A DNA stretch of 60,638 nucleotides. It comes from a virus (Duplodnaviria > Caudoviricetes). A program made the translations under genes and the position numbers. The notes beneath the pieces were generated by a model, which ran no database searches, was not told where the DNA came from, and was given only the letters and a program-made list of their open reading frames with translations. Below, in pieces: positions 9,474 through 19,365 of this stretch (positions are counted from its first letter, which is position 1; every line of letters begins with the position of its first letter). The DNA lies in IMG/VR virus record IMGVR_UViG_3300006641_000002, positions 1 to 60,638 of that record; one strand, written 5' to 3'.

Positions 9474-10079
9474 GTGGATTGCGACGATTGCGAGGGGACG
9501 GGGTTTCTCACCGGTGAACACGGTTGGGTCAACGAACCATGCCGAGGCGTCGGCAAACCAGGCGACTGTCATCCGCGCGAGACACGAAAACCGTGCGAGC
9601 GGTGCCAAGGCTCAGGGCGCGTTAGTCGATTGCAGTCGCTTGTTGATGAGCTGCAATCCTCCCCCGATGTTGTGATGGCGCATCGTTTTCTGGCGTCGTT
9701 GTATGCCGCCGGCCTTGCGTTGGACGAAGGGGTGCTGAACGAGCTCGCGCTTCGCAATCTCGACGCGCTTGTGATCTTTGCGTCGTGCGAGGCAAACGCG
9801 CGCGTAGCTTTCAAGATTTGCGAATGCCGTCAAATAGTCGCGAACGCGTACCGCGTGGCTGTGGCCTCCCTGCTTGATGATCGCGCCCCGCCGCTACGTT
9901 CTCTCCTCCGTGAGCTCGATACCCAATGGGCTCACCTGAGCCTCAGCGCCGACGCCGCCGCCGACGAATACCGGCGAGCCATGACGGCACTTGACGGTGC
10001 CCAGATGGATCTCGCTGCCCACGCGGCGCATGCACGCTTTGCAAACATGGCCGTCTACGACGGATTTCAGGAGGCATGA
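9474..10079 (+). CDS. Hypothetical protein with DnaJ-type CxxCxGxG Zn finger
   Basis: CDDCEGTG and CERCQGSG; first gene of the rightward operon. Confidence 0.6.
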   Translation: MDCDDCEGTGFLTGEHGWVNEPCRGVGKPGDCHPRETRKPCERCQGSGRVSRLQSLVDELQSSPDVVMAHRFLASLYAAGLALDEGVLNELALRNLDALVIFASCEANARVAFKICECRQIVANAYRVAVASLLDDRAPPLRSLLRELDTQWAHLSLSADAAADEYRRAMTALDGAQMDLAAHAAHARFANMAVYDGFQEA

Positions 10080-10990
10080 TGTTTACCAAGGCAACCAAGA
10101 AGGAATCGAAGCTACGCCTCTCCCTCGTCGGCCCATCCGGCAGTGGCAAGACATACACAGCCCTTCGCATCGCTCATCGCCTGGCCCAAGGCAACAAAGT
10201 GGCCGTGCTCGATTCGGAGCGAGGAAGCGCCAGCAAGTACGCCGACAAGTTTCCTTTCGATGTTTGCGAGCCGGAGGATTTCAGCCCGCAAACCTACGTG
10301 AAAATCCTCAAAGCCGCAGAGGCCGCCGGCTACTCGGTGCTTGTCATCGATAGCCTTTCTCACGAGTGGATGGGGCGCGGCGGCGCCCTCGAGATGGTGG
10401 ACAAAATTTCCGCTTCGTCGCGAGCCGGCAACTCTTACACCGCATGGCGAAGCGTCACGCCCGCGCACAACGCGCTGATCGACGCCATCGTTAGTTGCAA
10501 GATGCACGTGATTGCCACGTTGCGCGCCAAGCAGGAGTATGTGCTTGAAGAAGATGAACGTGGGAAAAAGACGCCGCGAAAGATTGGCATGGGTGCCGTC
10601 CAGCGTGACGGCGTGGAGTACGAATTTGACGTCGTTGCCGAACTTGACCCCACCAATCGCTTTGTGGTCACCAAGACCCGATGCAGCGCGCTTCAAGGTT
10701 ACGTCGCTACGCCGTGCACCGAAGACTTTGCTGACACGCTTCTCGGCTGGCTTGACGGCGAGAAGGTCGACGATGTGCCAAAGGTTGCGGCCCATCTATC
10801 TGATGAAGCTGTGTCCGTCGCCGACGAACTTCTGGGGCGAATTTATGCCGAGGATGCGAACCTTGCCGAACTTCGCAAGGTCATCAAGGACGCAATCGAC
10901 TCCGGCACCGTGAGCGACGACGATCGCAAGAGACTGCAATTTGCCTACTCAGAGCGCGCCAAAGCGACGCGAAAGGACGCGCATGCGTAG
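10076..10990 (+). CDS. AAA ATPase, Sak4/AAA_24-like recombination protein
   Basis: Walker A GPSGSGKT, DSERGS, Walker B LVIDSLSHEW, EYEFD; adjacent to an exonuclease and an SSB. Confidence 0.82.
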   Translation: MMFTKATKKESKLRLSLVGPSGSGKTYTALRIAHRLAQGNKVAVLDSERGSASKYADKFPFDVCEPEDFSPQTYVKILKAAEAAGYSVLVIDSLSHEWMGRGGALEMVDKISASSRAGNSYTAWRSVTPAHNALIDAIVSCKMHVIATLRAKQEYVLEEDERGKKTPRKIGMGAVQRDGVEYEFDVVAELDPTNRFVVTKTRCSALQGYVATPCTEDFADTLLGWLDGEKVDDVPKVAAHLSDEAVSVADELLGRIYAEDANLAELRKVIKDAIDSGTVSDDDRKRLQFAYSERAKATRKDAHA

Positions 10991-12122
10991 GCCCATCATC
11001 ACGGCGTCAGCGCTTGAGCGCGTTCTCCATTGCCCAGCAAGCGCGGTACTGCCGACCGTTAGCACCACATCAAAAGCCGCTGAACGTGGCTCCGTGGTCC
11101 ACGAGTATTTGGCTCGTGTGATTGGCGGGTCGACGGCTGATGACGCTTTGGTGCTCGTGCCAGAGGAGCACCGTGCGCGATGCAGCCGCATTCCGCTTTC
11201 GCGGCTGTTGACGAAGCTAAACCACGCCAAGGCAGAGCCGGCGTACGCGCTACACGCGCCGACGGGTAAAGCCTCGCGCCTCGGCTACAACATCGGGCGC
11301 AACTACGACGTTGATGATGCGCACGTTGCTGGTTCGACAGATGTCGAAGCCGTCGATGACAGGTACGAAGCCTATGGGCGCCCAATCGTCATTGACTGGA
11401 AGACGGGGCAAGACGTGACGCCCGCGCGCGATAACGCGCAAATCAAATTCGCCGCTGCATGCGCTATGCAAATGCACGATGAGTATGAAGTCGAGGGGCG
11501 TATCGTCTACCTGTTTGACGATGGGGGCATCCGCGTCGATTCGGCCGTGTTCACGGCGCTAGAACTCGACGCATTCGTCGACGACGTGCACACGGCACAC
11601 GCGCAAACGCTTGCAGCGCGCGAACTACTTGCATCCGGCTCCGTGCCGAACGTCAAGATGGGCGACCATTGCCGCTATTGCCCCGCCATGGCGTCGTGCC
11701 CGGCGCACGTTGGGCTTGCTCGTCAGCTTACGGGCACCATCGATGACCTAAAGGCCAAGGTTGCCACGTTGACGCCTCACGAGGCCGGTGACGTGTACAC
11801 GCGCCTGAAAGTCATCAAGCGTCACGTCGAGGTGATTGACGACGGCCTAAAGGCACTTGCGCGCCAAGCTCCCATTCCGTTGCCTCAAGGCAAAGAGTTA
11901 CGGCAATTTACATCCGAACGCCGCAAAGTGGACGTGGATGCGCTGGCAAGCATTGCCGCCGAACGTGGCGCCACTGACGAGGAACTGGCCACCGCCAAAG
12001 TGTTTGACGCTGACCGCGTCGCAGAGCTTGCACGCCGCCTCGGAGCAACCGAGGACGAAGTCAACGCGTGCACTGACGTCATCACGGTGATGACTATTCG
12101 AGAGACAAAAGTGAAGCGATAA
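10983..12122 (+). CDS. PD-(D/E)XK Cas4-like exonuclease (DUF2800-like)
   Basis: ITAS..R...CP N-terminus, GSVVHE, GSTD...IDWKTG, Q..F motif, HCRYCPA...CP cysteine cluster. Confidence 0.8.
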   Translation: MRRPIITASALERVLHCPASAVLPTVSTTSKAAERGSVVHEYLARVIGGSTADDALVLVPEEHRARCSRIPLSRLLTKLNHAKAEPAYALHAPTGKASRLGYNIGRNYDVDDAHVAGSTDVEAVDDRYEAYGRPIVIDWKTGQDVTPARDNAQIKFAAACAMQMHDEYEVEGRIVYLFDDGGIRVDSAVFTALELDAFVDDVHTAHAQTLAARELLASGSVPNVKMGDHCRYCPAMASCPAHVGLARQLTGTIDDLKAKVATLTPHEAGDVYTRLKVIKRHVEVIDDGLKALARQAPIPLPQGKELRQFTSERRKVDVDALASIAAERGATDEELATAKVFDADRVAELARRLGATEDEVNACTDVITVMTIRETKVKR

Positions 12123-12144
12123 AACAATGTAGGAGGGTAAAGCC

Positions 12145-12684
12145 ATGAATGGCTGGAATGAGATGATGACAATGCTGTCGACGTCGACAAAACCTTCAAA
12201 GAAGGAAGGTGGTCTGTATCTAAGGTTGGAAAAGGATGGAGACCGTGCAGACGTTGCATTTGTGGGAAACGATGTGAAGGCTGCATACGTGGTTTATGAA
12301 GAAAACAAATTTGTACCTTTTGTTGAAGGCAAGCACGCCGATAAAGACAAGCGCTTTAGGGTATACGCAAACGTCTATTCGTTTGAGGCTGGCGAAACCA
12401 AGCTGTTTGGAGCATCCCTACAGTTTGCGGAAGAGCTAAAAAGGGCAAACGATGCAGGTAATTTGTGGGGAGGCCTTTGGCGCTTGCAGCGACGTGGCGA
12501 AGGGCCACGAACGATCTACACGTTGGAACACCTCAGAAGCCTAACGCCAACGGAAGGGGCTAAAGCTCAAAGTGCTTCCATTTTTGATCTCAATAGTGCC
12601 GTTGTTCAAAAGTATGAGCGGGTAAAGCCAACTGCCAAGCGTCAAGATACTTATGAAAATGACATCGGCGACATTCCATTTTGA
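12145..12684 (+). CDS. Putative single-stranded DNA-binding protein
   Basis: Follows the exonuclease; AGGAGG RBS; RRGEGPRTIY motif and acidic C-terminal tail ending DIGDIPF. Confidence 0.65.
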   Translation: MNGWNEMMTMLSTSTKPSKKEGGLYLRLEKDGDRADVAFVGNDVKAAYVVYEENKFVPFVEGKHADKDKRFRVYANVYSFEAGETKLFGASLQFAEELKRANDAGNLWGGLWRLQRRGEGPRTIYTLEHLRSLTPTEGAKAQSASIFDLNSAVVQKYERVKPTAKRQDTYENDIGDIPF

Positions 12685-12686
12685 CC

Positions 12687-13796
12687 ATGAAGTTCGTTAT
12701 TTCAAAAAAAGAACTGGTCGAGTCGCTCAATCGCATGAACGGCGTGGCTGAGCCCAAGGCTCATCACGCTCCTTTTCGCATGGTCGTCTTTGCCGTTGAT
12801 GGGCCGTCTACGGTTCGTGTCGGTGCAGAAAACGGCGTGGTGTCTCTCGCGTGCACCCTCACCGCTGACGTTGCCGACAAGGGCGCGATTGCCTTGCCAT
12901 GCAAGGACGTCCTTGACCGCGTGAAGGCCATGCCCGATGGGATGGTGTCTATCGAAACCAAAGACACAAGCGTCATCCTACGCAGCGTCGCAAGCAGCCG
13001 TCGCTACACGCTTGCCGGCATGTCAGCCGACGATGCACCACGTGGGCAAGTTGACGACGAACTTCCGTGGCACGCGCTCACGGCTTCCACATGGCGCACG
13101 CTGACGCGCCGAACCCGCTACGCCATGTCAGACGACGATACGCGCGCACACCTGCATGCCACGCTCCTCGAGTGGCAAGGCTCGCGGATTCGCTTCGTTG
13201 CGACCGACGGCCATCGTTTATCGATTTCCGACGCGGACACGGGGGACGCACAAGGGTCGTTCGCCACCTTGCTCCCGAAGGTCGCGGTTGATCGCATGCA
13301 TGCCATCGTTAGCGCGCTTGGAAGCGACGACGCGGTGCAGGTAGCAAGCACATCGCAGACGTTTTTGGCGAAGGTAGGAAACTACACGCTCACAAGCCGA
13401 ATCACCGACGGAAAGTTTCCACCTTACGAGCAGGTCGTACCCAAACCATCGGAGGCGTTGACGGTGCCGCGCACGATGCTTCTAGATGCCGTTCGTGCCG
13501 TGCTCGTCGCGGCGCACGAAAAGACAAAAGGCATCAGGCTCATCGTCGAAAACAACCTAGTACACGTCGCATCGCAAACGCCCGAAGGAGACGGCGCCGA
13601 TGACGTGACGTGCGACTACGACGGCGAAAAGGCAACGATCGGCCTTTCGGGTGAGTATCTGAGCGACTGCCTTGAGTCACTTGATGATGACGTTGTTCGC
13701 CTTGGCTTTATGGCGTCAAATCCACTTTCGCCAGTCTTGGTGTCACCCAACGAAGGCGCATCTTTTCAATTCGTCATAATGCCGATGCGCATCTGA
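12687..13796 (+). CDS. dnaN: DNA polymerase III beta sliding clamp
   Basis: About 370 aa; MKFVISK start, VATDGHRL, GKFPPYEQVVP, C-terminal VIMPMRI. Confidence 0.92.
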   Translation: MKFVISKKELVESLNRMNGVAEPKAHHAPFRMVVFAVDGPSTVRVGAENGVVSLACTLTADVADKGAIALPCKDVLDRVKAMPDGMVSIETKDTSVILRSVASSRRYTLAGMSADDAPRGQVDDELPWHALTASTWRTLTRRTRYAMSDDDTRAHLHATLLEWQGSRIRFVATDGHRLSISDADTGDAQGSFATLLPKVAVDRMHAIVSALGSDDAVQVASTSQTFLAKVGNYTLTSRITDGKFPPYEQVVPKPSEALTVPRTMLLDAVRAVLVAAHEKTKGIRLIVENNLVHVASQTPEGDGADDVTCDYDGEKATIGLSGEYLSDCLESLDDDVVRLGFMASNPLSPVLVSPNEGASFQFVIMPMRI

Positions 13797-13919
13797 CCGC
13801 TTGGAGAACTTCACGCTGGAACATGGGCGATGAGCGATGCTTATCGCCTTTGTATTTTGCGGCTTGAGATGTCGCTTTCATTGCCAATTTGACGATCGAA
13901 AAAAGTAAAGTGGCCCGTC

Positions 13920-14354
13920 GTGGCGCGAACGCGGAACGTAACTCATCCCATCTACGCCGACCTGCCGGCGCACACTCGGAGAGGCAAGACAATCTCCCGA
14001 CGCGACATGGAACGCGCCAGGGCGCTGCCGTCGCCCTACCCCGACGTGGAAAGGCCGGTGACGCGCGCAGATTGCGAGTACGGGCCTCGGCCTTGCCCGT
14101 GGGTGTCGTGCCGTCACCACCTTTATTTAGACGTGACCTTGAGCGGCGGTTTGCACATCAACCATTACGGGCTCGACGTTGACGAGGTCCCAGCAACGTG
14201 CGCACTTGACCTTACGAAGCGCGAAGGAATGACCATCGACGAGGTGGGTGATGTCATGGGCATCACGAGGGAGCGTGCGAGGCAAATCGAACACCAAGGC
14301 ATTCGCAAGATTAGGCATCTACCGTTGCTTCGTGGCATCGCAAAAGCCGGCTAG
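13920..14354 (+). CDS. Cys-rich protein with sigma70 region-4 HTH (myxobacterial-type)
   Basis: RPVTRADC..GPRPCPWVSCRHHLYLDV...CALD followed by MTIDEVGDVMGITRERARQIE. Confidence 0.8.
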   Translation: MARTRNVTHPIYADLPAHTRRGKTISRRDMERARALPSPYPDVERPVTRADCEYGPRPCPWVSCRHHLYLDVTLSGGLHINHYGLDVDEVPATCALDLTKREGMTIDEVGDVMGITRERARQIEHQGIRKIRHLPLLRGIAKAG

Positions 14355-14536
14355 TGGCGTTTTCGTTCCCGTTTGTCGATGCGTATGCGGGCGGCAATCA
14401 ACGCCGCCTCAAGTTCCAGGTATCGGGGGTCGGTCGGTTCCCATCCCAAGGCGTCGAGAGCGTGAAACGCACGTACAAGGTCTGATCGGCTCATGCTTGC
14501 TAATCGGGCAATCGTGGCAAGTGTTGCTAGATTCAT
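14351..14536 (-). CDS. Small hypothetical protein
   Basis: Internal ATG of the longer ORF gives 61 aa with helical composition. Confidence 0.4.
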   Translation of the reverse strand: MNLATLATIARLASMSRSDLVRAFHALDALGWEPTDPRYLELEAALIAARIRIDKRERKRH

Positions 14537-14616
14537 GGCGACAAAATGAAAAAAACGGCCGGGCGTGAGCCCGACCGTCTTCCGATTCGAACGCAGGAGC
14601 AGTTCCAAAAGGAACC

Positions 14617-15147
14617 CTACTGCATTTCGGTATTTGGCGCGTCTAAAACGGGATAGCGCCGCAGCCACTTCGTCACTTTTTCGAGGCGCCGCCGACTCTC
14701 TCCGACGGCCCTGTCGCAGCGCCCCGACACGTACGCGGCAAGGCGTTCGGGGGCCGGTGCCTTGCGACACTGCACCATGCTTGCCCTAACGCGTTCTAGC
14801 GCCACGCGCGCCGCTTCTTGGCGGTCGGTGCACACCGATTGGTTTGCCCGTTGGAGCTGGAAAAGGCTCACCGACTTGCCCCCGTCGCCGGTGACTTCAC
14901 AGCGGTCCACATCGCCCCGGAGCATGCTTTCGCTCGCCGCAACCGAGGCTAGGACAATGGCGGTTTTCGCTCGCCCGTCGCGGCCACTGTAAAGCGGCTC
15001 CACGCTGGGGTCGCTTGCCACCATCGCGATGTCTTCGGCAATGCTGCCATACCGATCTAGCGTAACGGATACGGGTTCGACGGTTGCGTGATGCGATGGC
15101 GGCACGGCGGAAAGCAGAAAAGCTAAAACGTAATCAATCAAGTCCAT
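14617..15147 (-). CDS. Lysozyme-fold / transglycosylase-like protein
   Basis: ASVAASES...GDGGKSVSLFQL...LAAY motifs; downstream of the endolysin; GGAG RBS. Confidence 0.55.
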   Translation of the reverse strand: MDLIDYVLAFLLSAVPPSHHATVEPVSVTLDRYGSIAEDIAMVASDPSVEPLYSGRDGRAKTAIVLASVAASESMLRGDVDRCEVTGDGGKSVSLFQLQRANQSVCTDRQEAARVALERVRASMVQCRKAPAPERLAAYVSGRCDRAVGESRRRLEKVTKWLRRYPVLDAPNTEMQ

Positions 15148-15260
15148 AGGGTCTCCGTGCGTGAGCACGAAGCGTGAACGCAGCGGTGGCAAATCAAACG
15201 TTTGAGATTTGATTTGTCATGCTGAATGCACGCGGCACACTCACGCGCTAAGGCCCGTTT

Positions 15261-16319
15261 CTAAGGCATGTTGGCGTCGAGGTCGAATCGCAATTTAGCG
15301 CGCGTGATCGGCCCGACGTGGCCATCATCTTCCAGCCCCCGCGCCCGTTGGTAGTCGCGCACGGCTGCCTTGGATTTTGCGCCCCATACCCCATCAATCG
15401 GGCCGGGATCGAAGCCAAGCTTAAGCAGCGCGCGTTGAATGGCGCGTATTGAGTCGAGGCCATCGCTTGCGGCACGAAGGTCCTCGGCAAAGTCAGGCAG
15501 ATTGACGGCAAAGTGAGATTCCAGTCGAGGACGTATGCGGTCGTAACGGTCGGGCCAAATGGCAACTTTGGAGTCGACAACGAACGTGCGCAGCATGTCG
15601 ATTGCCCACGCTTCGCTCCACTTGGGTGCGGTCGACTTGCACGATAGAGCGCACTTGCTAGCGACCGCCGGCAAGTTGATGGCGTAGCTTTGGAACGCCG
15701 CACGGATGGCGCCGTGATAGCCATCATTACCATCGTTGGTGCCATCCCATAGCAGCCGTCGTGCTGGCTCAAGGGCAAACGATTCGATTCGCGAGGCGGT
15801 AAAGTCGACCTGCACACGTTGCGCTTCGAGGGACGTGAAAACGTTGGCAATCGAGGCGCACCAGCGTTTGGCATACGCCCGCTGTTCTGGTCCCCACGTG
15901 CCTCGTAGGCCGGCGCCACGAAGGAATAGGTGGCGCATTTGGTCGACGCCATCGAACCACGCATCGCCTCTGCGAAAGCGCCAAAAGCCGGTGGGCTTTT
16001 TTGCGAACGTCACGCCGGCTTCCTTCATGACGCCGGTAAGATGCGAAAGGGCTTGCGGAGCCTTTTCGGCTACGGCGCCAAGCATGTTGCTGACGTTCTG
16101 ATTTGTCAGTTCGGTGAACTGGATGACGCCCACCGAACAAATCGCGCGGTCGTACATGTTTACGGAATCAAGGTTCCCTTCCGTCGCCGACACGATGTGC
16201 ATCACGCGTTCGTTCCACGTGGCCGTCTTCGGGTCGACGGTGTACGGGCACTTGCCGTAGACGACAGGCCCTTCCCATCGGTCGTAGGAGGACCACAGGA
16301 CGCTTTGCTCAGTGTGCAC
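15261..16319 (-). CDS. Endolysin with C-terminal peptidoglycan-binding domain
   Basis: IQRALLKLGFDPGPIDGVWG...YQRARGLEDDGHVGPIT is PG_binding_1. N-terminal TEGNLDSVNMYD...SVGVIQF is lysozyme-like. Confidence 0.85.
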   Translation of the reverse strand: MHTEQSVLWSSYDRWEGPVVYGKCPYTVDPKTATWNERVMHIVSATEGNLDSVNMYDRAICSVGVIQFTELTNQNVSNMLGAVAEKAPQALSHLTGVMKEAGVTFAKKPTGFWRFRRGDAWFDGVDQMRHLFLRGAGLRGTWGPEQRAYAKRWCASIANVFTSLEAQRVQVDFTASRIESFALEPARRLLWDGTNDGNDGYHGAIRAAFQSYAINLPAVASKCALSCKSTAPKWSEAWAIDMLRTFVVDSKVAIWPDRYDRIRPRLESHFAVNLPDFAEDLRAASDGLDSIRAIQRALLKLGFDPGPIDGVWGAKSKAAVRDYQRARGLEDDGHVGPITRAKLRFDLDANMP

Positions 16320-16516
16320 TACTTGTCCTTGGGCCCAAACTTGTCATCGGCGAGACGGTCGGCGTCTTTGCGTGCCTCGTCGAACGCATCGACATAATCG
16401 CGAACGGTTTGCGCTCCGAGAATGTCGACAAGTTCCGAAATCATGAACGCCGCGCCGTCGCGTGAGCGGTCGAGTATCCACCGTACGAGCGCCTGCACGG
16501 TCGAGGAATTAATCAT
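16319..16516 (-). CDS. Small hypothetical protein in the lysis cassette
   Basis: Internal ATG 16516 overlaps the previous gene; stop abuts the endolysin start. Confidence 0.5.
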   Translation of the reverse strand: MINSSTVQALVRWILDRSRDGAAFMISELVDILGAQTVRDYVDAFDEARKDADRLADDKFGPKDK

Positions 16517-16742
16517 GAGGGTATCCCCATCGAATTTCGACGCCTTCTCGACACGCTTCGTACTCGTCACGGGTGTTGTGCTTGACGCAGGCAAGCATCT
16601 CTTGCCTGAACTTCCATGCGCAGTCGTAGGGCTTTCTGGGCGCGCAGGATGAGAGGACGCAAGCTGCCCACGCCCCCGCCGCAACGCTGCAAACGACAAG
16701 CAAAACGAATCGCACCAGCTCATGGTCAATCTTTAGACTCAT
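16509..16742 (-). CDS. Membrane/lipoprotein-like lysis protein (spanin candidate)
   Basis: Hydrophobic N-region, LSSC lipobox-like motif, Cys-rich C-terminus. Confidence 0.5.
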   Translation of the reverse strand: MSLKIDHELVRFVLLVVCSVAAGAWAACVLSSCAPRKPYDCAWKFRQEMLACVKHNTRDEYEACREGVEIRWGYPHD

Positions 16743-17019
16743 CTTTGCTCATGCCCCACGCGGGCGGTGGCGGGGTTGGAATCATTGGCGCCCTCGGCTC
16801 GGGAGGAATCGGCATATTGCCTTCGTCCATCCATGGTGGCGTTCGCATAAGGCCGACCACGTAAGCGGACGCGCCAACCACGAGGCTTGATAGCGGGGCA
16901 AGGAGCACGCTTGCGCTGGCCTTTCCGGTTTGAATAAGCCACGCAAGCAACACGAGAACAAGCGTCGTTACGAAGAGAATCAAGACGACGATGGGCCAAC
17001 TCAGCTTCAATTCCTTCAC
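16726..17019 (-). CDS. Holin-like membrane protein
   Basis: Two hydrophobic helices, Pro-rich and charged C-terminus; upstream of the endolysin. Confidence 0.6.
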   Translation of the reverse strand: MKELKLSWPIVVLILFVTTLVLVLLAWLIQTGKASASVLLAPLSSLVVGASAYVVGLMRTPPWMDEGNMPIPPEPRAPMIPTPPPPAWGMSKDESKD

Positions 17020-17528
17020 GGCCGAACCTCCATCAGTTTCGTCGTCTTCAGCTCTTGAATGAGCGCAATTGCCGATGCCGTAATTGCCGGGATAAGCACC
17101 ATCGACACAATCATCAGAATCGTGGACGTTTGCCCGCGATGGTTGATGTTGCGTTGCAGTGAACCGATTGCCTCCGCCTGTTTGCGAAGGGAATCGTGAT
17201 GCGCATCGAAGCGTTTCGCGTGAGCCTTCGAGGCCTCAACGCGTGCCTTTTCGGTGCGGTCGATGTGGTTGATGAGCCCCGTGCCCATGGATTGAACTTC
17301 CGTGACCGAGTCCTCGGCTTTTCGCATAGCGCCGTGCGCGGTTTCTTGCACGTGCCCGATGCGTTCTTCGAGGGCTGCGTAACGAGAACGAAGCGTGGCG
17401 ACCTCCGTGCCAATGGTTCGCACGGTGGCTTCGAGCGGCACCATCCGTCGCTCCATGTCGCGGCCAAGCTGCTGAATAAGCAACTCAAGGCGAACGAAGC
17501 CCTTGGTAACGTCATCTTGCTCGGCCAT
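17016..17528 (-). CDS. Coiled-coil protein with C-terminal transmembrane helix
   Basis: Heptad-rich, with ILMIVSMVLIPAITASAIALI. Confidence 0.65.
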   Translation of the reverse strand: MAEQDDVTKGFVRLELLIQQLGRDMERRMVPLEATVRTIGTEVATLRSRYAALEERIGHVQETAHGAMRKAEDSVTEVQSMGTGLINHIDRTEKARVEASKAHAKRFDAHHDSLRKQAEAIGSLQRNINHRGQTSTILMIVSMVLIPAITASAIALIQELKTTKLMEVRP

Positions 17529-17569
17529 GTGCTCGCCTTTCGTGCGGAGCGGCCTTGCGTGGCGTTACG

Positions 17570-17881
17570 TCACCAGTTGCTAGGCAGCTCGGAAGGGGCG
17601 GAAATCAGTGCAAAGGTTGCATCGTTGCGAAGCTCGTCGATGATGGGCGTCGTAACGTCGTCAGCCACGTAAGCGGCAACGTCATCGTGTTTTGAGCTTG
17701 TAGTGACTTCGGAATATCCGAGCGTGACGCCAAACACAGTGCCCGGGTCTTGTCCGGGCTCCGGGAGGATGCATTCGCCTGTATCGTAATGCATTCCGAA
17801 CTTTGGATACCCGAGACGCTTGTGGATCTCGTCGGCGAGAAGCTCGATGGTTTCGCGCGCACCAATGACGTAATGGCTCAT
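17570..17881 (-). CDS. Hypothetical protein (tail fibre-associated)
   Basis: ATG 17881 overlaps the stop of the upstream gene. Confidence 0.55.
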   Translation of the reverse strand: MSHYVIGARETIELLADEIHKRLGYPKFGMHYDTGECILPEPGQDPGTVFGVTLGYSEVTTSSKHDDVAAYVADDVTTPIIDELRNDATFALISAPSELPSNW

Positions 17882-19365
17882 GTGATGGTGATTCCGTAGC
17901 GTCGACCGAGGTAACGCATGACGTGGGCGTTCTCGGTGTCTTCCACTTTTGAGCGAGATAGCAAGATGTGGGCGATCGGGCCGTTCCAACTTCCCACCGC
18001 ATCCGTTAGACGTGACACACCAACTTGCGTGTTTGTTGGCTCGACACCTGACGCCGTGTTGCTCGATAGGTAGCTGGTATACAGGAGGCCGCCCCCAAAC
18101 GTACTAAGCGCAACACTGGCATAAGAGCTAGACGCGTTGGCATAGACACGACTCGTGTTACCGTTGAACAACATTCCGACGACGGTAGGGGCTGCCCACG
18201 TTGCTTCGATGGTTGGCCATGGAGTCGTAGCCGCCTTGCTGTATATTTTCGCCGAACCACTTGCCGTCGTTACGCCGAAACCGTGCGAGTAAGACGCGTT
18301 CAGACCACTGAGCGCCGAAAACGTCGTCCCAGCAACCGCGCTGTTTACGGTATTTTTGGCAACCATCCAATGATTGCATGGTGCATGTATCGGATTGCCC
18401 GTATCGTTCCAAACACCCGAGGCCATCCAATCGTAGGTGTTTGCGCCGTCGCGGTCGAATTGAATTGTGGGGCGACCGTTGAACTCAACGTTGCTGGACA
18501 CAAGTGTTGGTTGCCTGTTCGCGAGCGCTTGAGCGAGATGCCGATTTGTGTCCGTGTTGCCCTCAACGTTTTGCCAAGCGCTAACCCGCGTCGTTCCGCT
18601 TACCACCACAATGCCTCTGTCGGCGCGGTATTCGCCACCAAGCCACGACGGGTTATTGACTGCAAATGTTTTGATTTGGGAATACGCTCCCTCTGCAAAC
18701 ACTTGCACCGTAACCGTGCCGGTTTCGTCGATGGCTTGTTCAGGCACGTAACAAAGTGCGCTTGTTTCCCCGACGACGTCAGCCGTTCCAGTCAACACCG
18801 TACCGTCAGGCAGGATGTAGCGGGCGCTAATAGGCGCGGTGAGAATGATGTCGGTTCCAACGGTGACAGTGTTGGATGTTCCTGAAAAGCGTGTCAACGC
18901 TGCTGGTGTGATGCTCGTTGCGCCCACGCCGACATCGAAGCTGATGGCGTTGCTCGTGCCACCGATAGGATTTGCGCGGCGCACGTTTGGAGTTACTACG
19001 GTGACTTGGCGTTGCCCGTAGCTTGACGTTTTGGCGCTTGGAATGGTCGCTTGCAGGGTGTTGCCGCTCACGAACGTTGTAACCAACTCGTCGCCATCGA
19101 CATAGATTTTCGACGTTGGAAAGAAATCGGTTCCTGTGATTTCAATCGCTACGCTACCGCTGCCTCTAAGAGCTACTGTCGGAGTGATGGCTGTGATGGT
19201 TGGGACGATGCGGGTGACGGCACAATCAATGACAGTGTTCGATAGAGTCTCGCCAGCGTAGGGTCCTGACGGTGGTGAAGAGCTCGGCGTTCCCGTCGAC
19301 GTCCATGTGACATACTCGCTCGATGCTGCGCGGTAGCCGCGCATCTTGTAGACTTTGCGCTTCAT
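17878..19365 (-). CDS. Virion receptor-binding-like protein (IPT/TIG plus LamG-like domains)
   Basis: PTITAITP...IEITGTDF Ig-like repeat; RVSAWQN...RPTIQFD...WNGPIAHILL...YLGRRYGI pattern. Confidence 0.65.
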   Translation of the reverse strand: MKRKVYKMRGYRAASSEYVTWTSTGTPSSSPPSGPYAGETLSNTVIDCAVTRIVPTITAITPTVALRGSGSVAIEITGTDFFPTSKIYVDGDELVTTFVSGNTLQATIPSAKTSSYGQRQVTVVTPNVRRANPIGGTSNAISFDVGVGATSITPAALTRFSGTSNTVTVGTDIILTAPISARYILPDGTVLTGTADVVGETSALCYVPEQAIDETGTVTVQVFAEGAYSQIKTFAVNNPSWLGGEYRADRGIVVVSGTTRVSAWQNVEGNTDTNRHLAQALANRQPTLVSSNVEFNGRPTIQFDRDGANTYDWMASGVWNDTGNPIHAPCNHWMVAKNTVNSAVAGTTFSALSGLNASYSHGFGVTTASGSAKIYSKAATTPWPTIEATWAAPTVVGMLFNGNTSRVYANASSSYASVALSTFGGGLLYTSYLSSNTASGVEPTNTQVGVSRLTDAVGSWNGPIAHILLSRSKVEDTENAHVMRYLGRRYGITIT

